Positions 9,601 to 18,630 of a DNA stretch of 64,000 bases are shown here, one piece after another. The number at the start of each line of letters is the position of its first letter. Positions within the stretch are counted from its first letter, which is position 1. Source of the stretch: Mantamonas sphyraenae STR306 (lineage: Eukaryota > Protista > CRuMs); the NCBI GenBank assembly GCA_026936335.1, contig JAPMXV010000043.1, forward strand, positions 62,001-126,000, read 5' to 3'. The notes beneath the pieces were generated by a model. That model saw only the letters and a program-made list of their open reading frames with translations, ran no database searches and was not told the origin of the DNA. The position numbers were made by a program, and so were the translations under genes.

Positions 9601-9842
9601 GATGCCTTTGGGTTGACACGCAGGTACCTCCGCGAAAACCCAGGCAGGGTGTCGAGCTCAAGATCAAGATCTTCGGCGAGTTCCAGGTGAATCCGCCAGT
9701 AGTGTACCCCCTGGATTGTCTCGACGTGGTCAAGGTCGGCTACGGCAGATTTAACACGTGGGACACCACGCATGGTCCGTGCCAAGCTGTGCAGCTTTCG
9801 CCGCCTTTGTCGCGATGGCTTGACGTTTTGCAATAACACCAT
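3606..9842 (-). CDS. Giant Fanzor (eukaryotic TnpB-family RNA-guided nuclease) fused to an N-terminal XPG/FEN1-like domain, 2078 aa
   Basis: RuvC-I LALVDPG (D1852), RuvC-II LEVNEHLTSQ (E1979), Zn-ribbon-like HSVC..CTC, RuvC-III DRDENAALNI (D2049). N-terminal MRGVP, IAWD, VYVD, SADATIA, VVVGEDSDL. Confidence 0.85.
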   Translation of the reverse strand: MVLLQNVKPSRQRRRKLHSLARTMRGVPRVKSAVADLDHVETIQGVHYWRIHLELAEDLDLELDTLPGFSRRYLRVNPKASKTQLRDDVMKKSKSVKTTSLVEAVVGGLALASAQDMEEEDNDESADEDNDESADEEAVVDDHMDVEDNEVEAGVSEDNMVLIDIGDQGEEAQPRLVNGTPTTTIKTIHIAWDMGYRCECMRAGWQPHQLQKILCFSEDPPTQLTHASLLANTDYADHLFTSSRTEAIRAKCKAAARRMAREVAEFESQLSLPDSVVVSIGVYVDSHASMFEDEYEPKRIPHLWDAVQRMCDAAAGGKKVRLMRPSLTTPAPHQLTPPPPDPWMQMPMRKDDVYDILAEELATEFASVKLSIAVTIHHTQGQSADATIASEYSKYTKDDLMVVVGEDSDLYYLLPHADAKLAVYNPGLELTTLTDEDARAVAARTALYARRGDICSSWLALPLSLARKAAETDQVLDAATLRSNPQEFFLSFLALRTPGTYTYLDDHVADAEEEDWQLWSRRLERAADQLGVLVADEEDEGDEEDVMVLEMDGERAVEEIEVEMGGEVEIEQEVMVLDDAGSASSTEDKLREVKEKEWVALWNIIQPLKASSKQLKHVVKARVNFGPMVRLKDLKLAADHVASKVSTYTLLVHDDDLLIRDNLGNIHVDGNLWRMFEKKVFVVLRQPGGRRGRRRGGKRHRHGDRRKRKVKVKNLHSTSLETFRMLTTETPSDTPSDMHGMVTTEGCAGDHMDSEESDSTHVAHFFVGDDETAGDDERLLAQGNAHDCSPQHVQDIVNSLSDHPIYGQMALRITLESSSHPEVLEFQVVHVEVLGFGFDGVKVRVDDREYLVPYELAYDSLAEASMARNGTSLEPWWCSEGVLVGDRLVLKPSFVEGATHNVCLSTARLGTRVPGLVWNRDDDASVLSILVGDGDRMVVLPVAEQMPLYTSVDVQVTTEPRAGGCPGLRVFRQHFPDAVARSLATQGVVNNGDTIMLHMNAKGKWSLAPEGLSPSVEIKVIGEPPAADTQADADAVVVYVDGEGTAHVVFAEDVGVYVASNVEELAGNQGTGTVVDVVHNHAVLDCNFGGKHAFAIGGKAEIGDNVDVLGVSVVEGWLVVELGDDTHSVPVVTEGAKLSVYGRPGTTDEEKLMTGVAHAICRRAQSGHRQEVVDEVTNKQAWTRDIEQQKAVAQAEEARDVLDKHIPVSTLSQLSLSEDELAAGQRDFLATPTGPQFADKASFGFELSPHTLTLPKKARSMAPQRLAVLQAYAERSNAILRCMNELLVFSLRHSCVDEHDGDSGKRKRAQRRASANSTSHFENSDEDSDGWDVAATDTEEDEYVPDEEDDEEDDDDVIVAEVITELDTGNWYEAKDRIEALAKQLACLLCDTDTDNSFLVLRKGESDTWLRQPHEFVLCVRRIQRQDHVLCDLRKLHHQHEPVGSLLSTCARYHQQLTVSFMGDLQGYCTRFQQHSALAQLFADVKGLRRMTVVEILSDILDKDAYVVNKALRNNQVTMQRAEELEAATVKIRKAELQQRLQEERLLLNSALLGDKDEGEDQPCDSATLLRVATALRNGEVTGLPDTARSLTAAVHISPTMQHILIARTSWNDNDPEMQQAQKRLRGIKRVDDAHKALTEWEEKPQTLSDLIARYKQYDVFGDEVQKGEEKTWVPAMCLLLAPQLAHLAKRQLATITGTLTMCGPVIKVLRWHRKDVVQQINGFWHSLGKHSTYSALELLQPESRSAAYALVNKGGQMTALTAFLCIKRLAHLVGKRAAAKLVVDSLDATDADNLTAEEWLRRVEDSGVTLPNRGDEARGKVHYARLRAPLNAEEAHQTRIALMNLNLALVDPGSFKHHVMVLQLDSMCKYESDGLHRVGRYWRVPTLPHHKRREEEHTGSAQRHTMQQGEMDGELDKVHRTWKHRDTDQLLANCRRSLGRERQVMFIVGQATWSGNNGGFRGMVKELARHTLVLEVNEHLTSQQHSVCGQQTSYVPEMGSFKPHGRTKRCTCAAMGVQAPFRSMGGLMRDALATFAATQDSGRCMDRDENAALNIGLVGLSYCLIGVRPAYLQRKGQ

Positions 9843-10602
9843 GTTTTGGGTTGTACGAGGTGGAGGGTGTCAATGAAGAGGCAGATCAGACGTGAGACGT
9901 GGTAGGCGTGTGAGGAAGTGGTCAAACCCCCGTGTGTGCCTCGATTGGCCTGGATGAGCATCATCTAACGAAAGCTACACAATCATCCCGGATCCCAGTT
10001 GCTCCAGTGCTGTGTTTCCCCGGTGGAATACTCGTAAACTGTTGATGGGCTCTTACTTGTGCACAGCAACATTTAGTTGGCGGTGCACGTTTGTTTGTCC
10101 CTGTACATCGTTTTGTTGGGAGACACAGATCGGTTCCGTTTCGCAGCGCACATGCACCCCTGCGCAAGGCAATTCAAGGTGTGAAGCTGCCACATACGAT
10201 GTTGGAGCTAGTCCCAAGCCACAGTCGCGGAGCAGACGACAACCAAACGACCAGAAAACTTTGGGCGACAACCAGCTGCACCGAATTATGTCCTGCAGCG
10301 ACCATACACGGGGCCCGGCATTCCTTGCAACTCTTCAGCGTGTTTTCTGGATCGCCAAGCATCAAGGATCGAGACATGTCGGACTGTGAAAACATGCTGA
10401 TGGGTTTTCTGACCTGAGTGCACAGCAGATCTCGCCCAGTGGCGCCCAAAAGGGTCAATGACAAGGGCAACATCAACCAATTGCCAGTCATGGCATAGAA
10501 TCGGACAACGCACTTCATTGGACGACGTATGGATCCAATCCAGGACCAGGCTGCAGAGGGCGCGCGCATTTGCAAACCCCTGTATGACCAAATGAACCCT
10601 AA

Positions 10603-13600
10603 CTACCCGAATCCAAAGTCCAGGTTGCCCAGATCCGCCCCTCCCTTCTGCCTTCGCTTCGCCCGTTGCCGCGCTCGCTCTCGTGCGTTTGGCCGCTCCT
10701 TGGATGGTGACGATCCCGCGCCAGTGCCCAACGCACCTAGGGAAGAGAGCACCGAGTCAAACTCGCTGTCCCGTTTGCTTTTGCGTGCCTCCTCTGCAGA
10801 GGGTCCCGCTGTGCTTCCGCCCAGACTGGACAACGTGTCGTCCAACGCACTGCTCAAAGCGTCCAATTCGTCCACACCGCCACTGTTGCTGCTGCTTGTG
10901 CTTTGGACTGTCGGTGCTGCTGTGGAGCTCTCCAGCGATTCCAGCTGTCCAAACGCCAGGTTTACACTGTCCATCGTTTCGCTTGTGTCCGCTTTTGTCT
11001 GCTGCATGCTCAACAACGAGTCCAGTTCACCCACGGACGAGCTCACCATAGCACTTGCACTCGATGTGCTTCTGCTGTTCCCGCTCTCCTCCGCAGAGTC
11101 GTCACTGCTCGCATTTGTCCCTCCAATCTCCAGCAGCGCATCCAGTTCGCTGTTTCGCGACTTTGGCATGCCCATGTTTGGCGACTGTGCCGTTGTGCTC
11201 GTTGTGCTCGTTGTGCTCGTTGTGCTCCCGGCCAACAGTGCATCCAATTCCGATCCAGCCGTGCTTCGCTTTGGCGCTTGCGCACCGGGGGTCATTGGCG
11301 ACGCCGCTTCCGCCCCAACCTCGGCTTGCACCTTTGCCTGCTTTTCCTTTCCCATCGTCACGCCTACACCCACTCCCGTTGTCTTTTTCAGCGCCTCAAT
11401 CGTCTCAAGCAGCTTCCCATCCTGTGTCAGCGATGTCAGGGCCAACACAAACCTCTCGGCCTTTTCCGGACCAGAGCTACTTGCGTGAAACAGCCGCGTG
11501 AGCGACTCCACCATTTCTCCACTCAGTGTCTTGCCTCCCTGTGCTATCGACGCAACGCGTTTGTCCAGAGCACGCAGCTTCTCTGCGTTCGAGTATGCCA
11601 TCTTGCTGGCAAGGGCTTCCACTGCGTCCTCGTCGCTTCCACCGCCTTCTCCTCCATGTGCGTTGATGCTTGTTTCTCCTCCGGTGCCCGAGCCCATCTC
11701 TGCTTTCAGAGCCTCCACTTCATCCACGTCCAGTTCACTGCGCTGCAGCTCGTACTGCGCTGCACTGGCAATCCGCTGCAGGTTGCGCACCGTTCCCTGT
11801 ACCTTGCTTGCGTCCTTGATGCTGCCCAGAGTCTTGACAAACCGCCCCAGCGCCGTTTTGCCCTTGTCGCTGTAGTTTTCCTTCACCAGCACGTACTGCA
11901 ACCCAGTCAGCAGGTTCCCCAGCGTTTCCGCCCGTTCTTCCGACTCTGCAAACTCGCTTTGCACCAGTCGAACCAATGCGCGAAGCATCTCTTGCTCTTC
12001 GCTGCTCAGATACGCAGCCAACCACTTTTCTGCCTCACGTAGGGCCACAGACTGCGGATCCAGACCCTGGGTCGCATCCTGCACCGCCGATTCATCTGCC
12101 TTGCTTTTCATGCTCGCCCCCATCTGTCGGATAGTCTTCAGCAGCTTTTCGTCATCCTCCATCCTGCTCAAAACCACAAGCAGCCGCGTCATTTGCTCCC
12201 TGCTCTCCATCGACCCGTTGCTGCGCTCCGCCACGTCCAACAGTCCACCAAACAGGTACTCCTGCAGCTTCACCAGTTCGTCACCGTCGTTGTCGCTCAA
12301 GGAAAACAGCCGCTTTTGCATGGTCGCGACAGCCAGCTTCCCTTCACTGGAGGTCGCCAGATCTCGCACCCGCTTCTCTCTGCCCACAAGGTTCTCCTCC
12401 CCTTCCGTTGTCGTCCGCTGAACCTCTGTCTCTGCCGCCCCCGATCCTGCCCTTGAACTTCCCTGCATGCTCATCTGCGAGGGCGACGCCAAAGCGGCTG
12501 CCGACAACGAGGTGCCGCTCGACACACTCGATTGACCCACCTTCCAGTCTCCACTTTGCAGTACGTCCGGTACAGCTACACCTTTGCCCAAACGTGTCAC
12601 TGCATCAAGCATCTTTTCGTCGTTCGACGTCCCGGCCAGCGCCAGCACAAGCCTCGACGCAATTGCTCCTTGCATAGACTCCACTCCGCGAGCCACACAC
12701 GCCTCCCAATACGCCAGAATCTGTGACTCGCCGCCACTCAGCATCTCCAGCCGTGGTTGCACAGTCATGTTCCATGCATCCTGCGATTCCGGTGTCAATT
12801 CTTCCAGCCAAGCTCTGTCGTTGACTGACGCGGCTTCGGACGCAGCTGAAGCCTCGCTCGCCACCGCTTCAGCAGATACCACCTCGCGGGCCTTGCGTGT
12901 GTTCAGATGCGCCTCGTACGCAGAGACGCCACCGCTGCCTTCCCCCATACGCTGCACAGTCTCAGCCAGCTTCGGCCCACTTTGGCTGCTCAGCAGCATC
13001 ACTACCTTGCGCACGTTTTCTTTGGCTGTGTCGTTGTACTGGTCCTTTTCGAGCAGAGCCTTGCACATGTGGCACACCATAAACACCAGCCGATCGCCCT
13101 GTGCCTCCCCGTGTTCCTTTGCCGCCAGTGCTTCCAGTTTGCTGCGCAAGTCCTGCCACACTGCACGCTGTTCAGCAGTCACCGATGTCACCACCATACT
13201 GTCATCCACGTCAACTCCATGCGCGTTGCTACTCGGCTCTTCCGTTGTCGTGCTCTCTACTGCACTCTTGGCCTTCTTGCCGCCCTTGCCCAGCACGCCA
13301 AAGTCTTTCATCATCAGCAGGTGCTGCTCGTGTCCACGCATGGACATCATGAACTTGAGAAGCTTCCGATCTCCGGCCTTGTACATGGCAATCACGAGCT
13401 CGTTTGCCTTCTCTCCCTGGTTTTCACGTGCCAGCAAAGTGATCATGGAGTACACCTCAAAGCGCAACGAGTTGCGTGCCTTCAACGCTTCTCGCTCCCC
13501 AACCACCGAGCTGTTCTCCTCTTCGTCAAACTCAAACTCGTACAGCCGTTGGTTCAACTTGTTGAACTTTCCCCGCGCCTCCTTGCTCAGGTATTTGCGG

Positions 13601-16600
13601 CAGGCCAGCTCCAAATTGTTCACCTGCGAGATGTCATCCAAAGTTGCCACGTACCCGTTTGCACTGGCCGTCTCCCAGTCGATTGGCTGAGCCCCGCTCC
13701 CCACAAACGACGTTTGTCCGCTCTTGGTCTCTCCCCTCTGGTTCTGGTTGGCCCAGGGCACACTCGACGAGCTTGCGCTGCTGCTTCCACTGCCTGTATC
13801 CGACGCCCATGGGACACTCGACGCAGCCTCATTGCTACTTCCGCCGGAGCCCGGGCTCACGCTGGATTCGGCATACCTGTCTGCAATGCTGGGGATGCGA
13901 TAGTGAGCCCCGTCTTCCTGCATTCGTGTCAACAGCGTGTGAAGCATCGACTTGTCGTCTCCCCCTGCGTGGGCAGCTAGCATGCGCACGAAATTGCGCA
14001 CTCTCTGCACCTCCGTCTCACTGTCGTTCTCCCTGTCCAGCACCGCCGCAAGCGTACCACTGAACGCTTTGCGCATCCTCAAACGTCCTACGATTGTTTG
14101 CGTCTCGTTGCTGGCGTTGGGGATGCTCATTGTGTTCAACGCGTTGAACACCTTGTAGAATGAAGGTCGCGTCCCTGCGTCCAGCACTCCCTTTACACGA
14201 TCCTCGTATGCCAGAATCTCCTCTGCATCCTTGGGGACGTAGTCTGACGTGACGTCGTCCTCCACCGTACCGATCATCCCTCCAAACAAGCTCATGCCAC
14301 TGGTGCTGCTGCTGCTGCTGCTACCACTACTGCTGCTCACCTTGACCGACCCCAACACGTCCGTGCTCTCCGTGTCAAACCCAAATCCGAGGTCTGCGAA
14401 TGCTGCAGGCGAGCTGCTCCCTGCACTGCTTGTCTGCGGCGACGCAGGCGTACCGAACGTCTCCACGTTTGCAAACCCGACATCACCCGCGGAACTGGAG
14501 GTCCCTGCCAGCGACCCAGACCCATTCGAGCTGCGCATGCTCTCCACTTCCTCGGGGATCTCGGTCACTGTTGCGGTGCGCGACTTGACCTTTAGCTTTT
14601 CTGCGCGACAATACTTCACCACTGCCACTGCGCCCATGGCAGCAATGCGAGGCGGTGGGAATTCCATGTTGTCGTTATCGAACACCACCAGTTGCGTCAA
14701 GTCTAGGAGATTGCCCACAGACAAGGGCAAACGCCGGAGATCGTTCGAGCGCAGATTGAGCAGTTCCAGCTCCGTCAGCTTGCCAATGCTCCACGGCAGC
14801 TTGGTCAGCTTGTTGTTCGACACAAACAGCTTGCGCAAGAACCTCAGTTCTCCTATTTCCTCCGGCAGTTCCGTCAGCTCGTTGCTATTCAGGTTCAGCA
14901 CTTGGCACACACGTTCAGCATTCCGATTGACTTGGGCAGCGCCTGCAGCGCGTTGGACGAAAGATTCACTTCCTTGAACCTGTTGTTCACCAGTGACCCA
15001 AACAGTTCCTCCGGCAGCGTGGTGATGTTCATCGACGCCAATTCCAAGGCCGTGCGCTCATACTGATACGCTCGCTTCACCACTTTCGCCGTTTCGTGCA
15101 ACACATACTGGTCAGCCTCCTTCTCCGTCACCACCACCGTGCACTGTGTGCGTGGATGTGTGATATGCATGTGTGTCAGCGTCCGCCTTCCTCCCTCTCC
15201 GAGAATGGTCAACTTACAAACGGTGTCAGCATGTCACATTGTCCGACCACAGTGTTGTCTTCCAGTGTCACGCCGTCGACAACCATGCGGTAGAACTGAG
15301 GCCCTGCAGGGGATTCCATGGCCGTGAACAGCAATTGAAGCGCGCCCGCGCACGAAACCTCTTTGGCGACCTCAAAGTGGCCGCGATCGAGGTTGCCTTC
15401 GTTGTAGTACACCTGCTTGTTGAGACGCATGTCTACCTTGAAAGTAAGCCCCGGATATAGCTCGCGCTGCAGGAGACGCAGCTGGTCAGCGGACAGGACT
15501 TCCTTCGCCACCATCTTCTTGTATGCCTTTTGCACACACTGCCGCATGGCTTCAAACGCCGTCAGCTGATCCACTATCTCCTGATAGTCTCCCAGTGCGT
15601 ACGAGCTGCCGTTCTGCATGTCTCCAAACGAGATTTTGCGGCACGTGTGGAACTCCGTCCCTTCACTGTTTGCCGCCATTTCCAACACCTCGTGCATCTT
15701 CTCCTCGTGGGTATCGATAAAGCGGTTGAACCCCTTCATGTAGGGCTCCTTTTCGCCGAAGCGCACGCCGTTGGCCATGTTCTGTAGGATCTTGGCGACC
15801 AGGATCAACACCCGACGCGACTCCTCGTTCGGCATCGTGGCCACAATCTTGAAGCCATCCGGCGAAACGATGGCTGGACAGATGAAGCGCAGGAACACAA
15901 AGCCAGCCACGGCAATGTGCGACGCCTCCTCGCCAAACTTGTCTGTCACCGCGTCTCGCATCACCCTGCAAATGAACTTCATCGAATCGGGCATGTTTTC
16001 GATGCTATTGTACACTGTGTCGAAAAATTGCTTGACGACCAAGTACACATGGTGCGCATTCTCCACGGCCGCCTCTTCGCTTCCAGCCTTGCTAGGGTCC
16101 ACCTCGTAGTCGTTTGGGTCCAACAACACCTCGGCAATCGTCAACTCCAACATGCGCTGCAGAAACGACTTGCCCACCATGTTGGCATACGCAGCCATGA
16201 GTTTAGTCGCCACCGAGTTGGTTCGAAACAGCACGCTTGCCTTGCTCGTGCGCGAGACCTCCAAACGGATACGCTCACAGATCAGGGGCACCACGCCGCC
16301 GTTCATCTGCAGAAACACAGCCACCGCCTGGCACATGCCATCCAATCCACTCACATCGATGTGTTCCATCGCATGCATGAGAAGCTCGTAGTCGCTTTTG
16401 AACTCCTCGCCCAAGCGCTGCACCTTTAGAAACTCGCTTGTCGCTTTGCCGATGTCCGGCTTGGGCATCAGCGTGACCTTTTGCATGGGGCGCAACAACG
16501 TCTTCTTCAGAGGCATGTGCACGTCATCCAGGAAAACAGTGCGCTCTGCCTTTACGTCGTATGTGCGCACGCGCACATTCTCGGGATCCTCGTGCAGCCG

Positions 16601-18008
16601 CGCGAGCACACAGATGTCTCCCACGACCTCCTCCACAGTCGCAGACGTGCTCACCAACACGCTGATGGGTTTCCCTGCATACTCGGGGAAATTGGAAAAG
16701 TACACGTGCAGCTCAATCTCTGGGAAGGCGATCTCCATCAACGCCTCAATGTCTTCTGCCTCCAGCTGCAGCGCCATCTTCTGGAAGCACTTTTTGCAAT
16801 GATCGGCAACAACCTTTGCAATCACAGTGCGGTCTGCGAGTTCCCGCTCGTACACCAGCGCTTCTGTTTGTTTGGACTTGTACAGTTCCTCGTCCGTCAG
16901 CGTCTCGTAGTACAACTCCACGCCGTCGCGGTTCTCCGTCAGCATGTCGTTGAACACCTGCATAAACACCTCTTTGTTGCCAAAGAGCACACCGTTGGCC
17001 AGATTCTGCAGCACCTTGGCCACCAGCATGAGCACACGCGAGGCGTTGCGTGTGCGAGCCACTCCCTCGGGCAGTACTCCGTATCCATCTGGAGACACCA
17101 CCACCGGCGTGAGGTAGCGCAGGAATACAAACCCTGCAATGCACACCGACCACTGCTCGCCAAACTTCACCTCCACTTGCTTGCGGAGGTGCGTGCACAG
17201 TTCCAACATCGGCGCAGGAAGTTCCTCCGCTGTGCGGAACACGGTATCCACAATGTCCTGGGACACCTGGATCAGATGTGCTGCGTTCTCAGCCACATCG
17301 ATGTCTTCCTCGGCCTCCTTGGCCCGCACGGGGTCGATCTGAGTGCAAAGAACGGCGCAGAGAAAAGGCCAAAGGCGAGGTGGTCAGCCCCTCCCGCCAT
17401 CTGTGTGCCGCAGTCCCCGGCCACACGGGACACACACACACGATCAGACAGCACACCTCTTTGTGCGGAATGGCCCTGTGGCTGCGTATGCACCTCCTCT
17501 CACATGTGCTTACCTCGTAGTTGCGCTCATCCTCCAGCATGGACACGAGAATGCCCTGCAGGTTCTTCTTGATGTAGTCGAGGCCGATCAGCTTTACGTA
17601 AGCAGTCATCAGCTTTGTGGCCAGGCTGTTTGTGCGAAACAAAGTGGACGATTGCTTCGTGCGCGCCACCTCCTCGTCAATGAGCTGCTTGATGAACACC
17701 ACAGTGCGACGCTGCGACTCCAGAAGGTCCACAATGTTCACCAGATTCTTGTCCAGCTCGCTCACATCCATATTCTGCAGCAGAGCCTTCAACGCAGGGA
17801 AGCCGTGTCTGTTGAGCATCATTTGATAGATCAAGTCGGTGCGCTTTGCATTCATGTCCATCGCTTTGACTCCTTTCGAGCGTTGCTTGCCTCCACCTCC
17901 CCGGCTCCCGCTGCTGCTTCCGCTGCTGCTGCTTTCCCCTTCGCCGCCTTTCGAAGACGATCCAAACATTTTGGACAGCCGGTTGCCCAGCTTTTGCTTT
18001 CCTGGCAT
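10603..18008 (-). CDS. Tandem RasGAP x2 + ubiquitin-like + LRR + helical-repeat protein (exons ~18008-17514, 17338-15218, 15143-10603; apparent 2-nt frameshift at ~14910)
   Basis: Two copies each of the LFRTNSxATK arginine finger, FVFLR(Y/F) and AK(V/I)LQN(L/M)AN. In-phase GT-AG introns with CTGAC branch sites. 23-aa LRRs of the LPxSIGxLxxLxxLxLxxN type. Confidence 0.8.
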
Positions 18009-18070
18009 GCCAGTGGGGTCTTCTTTTCTTTGTTGGATCGCCTCGCGCACGCAAGCCACGGCAGGATGTG

Positions 18071-18597
18071 TCACAACAGCGTTCCCTCGTCACTGTTGTG
18101 GCCTTCCTTGTCGCCTCCCCATGGCACCTTGACGTCGTCTTCCACCTCGTCATTTGCAACACTGCCGTCCCGACGCTCGCCCTGTACAAACTCGCCGTCA
18201 TGGTCTGGAAACACGCCACCCATCCCGAATGCAAACATTCGCTGCATCATAGTGTGCATATGACGCATGTGTGCCCCCAAATCCAGCTCCATGTCCAACT
18301 GACCCTGCGCACCTTGGCCTTGAACCCTTTCTCCCTCCACGTGTTCTTCCGTCCGCTCCACAACCTCTGGTTCCTTGCCTGCACACATCCGGATCACCTC
18401 CTTCACTCTATGGCAGTCCCTTTTCCCGTCTTCTGTGGTGCATTTTAGGCTGCATGCATGGTCCCTGTCAGTGCTTTCCGTCCGACTTCCCCGCAACCTC
18501 GCCCAGTTCTCGCTCGCCCCATCTTCCACCTCACCTTGAACGAGTCACCACATGGCATTGCAGATCGCTGTTCTTGGCTTCCCTTTCCCGTTTCCAT
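18071..18597 (-). CDS. Mal d 1-associated protein (MdAP)-like small protein; 5' structure uncertain
   Basis: An intron at ~18534-18450 joins QCHVVTRS to SLKCTTEDGKRDCHRVKEVIRMCAGKEPEVVERTEE, matching the Cys spacing I recall for the family. No in-frame ATG is visible upstream. Confidence 0.45.
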
Positions 18598-18630
18598 TCT
18601 GTCTTCTCAATTGCGTTGGTGCTGCCAACG

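Larger units (their letters stand above)
3468..10559 (-). mobile_element. Fanzor-encoding insertion bounded by an 8-bp GCGCGCGC direct repeat
   Basis: GCGCGCGC at 3460-3467 and 10560-10567. Removing the element leaves ~87 bp between convergent stop codons (3415 and 10603), typical spacing for this window. Single large intronless ORF with a TnpB-like RuvC. Confidence 0.65.
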
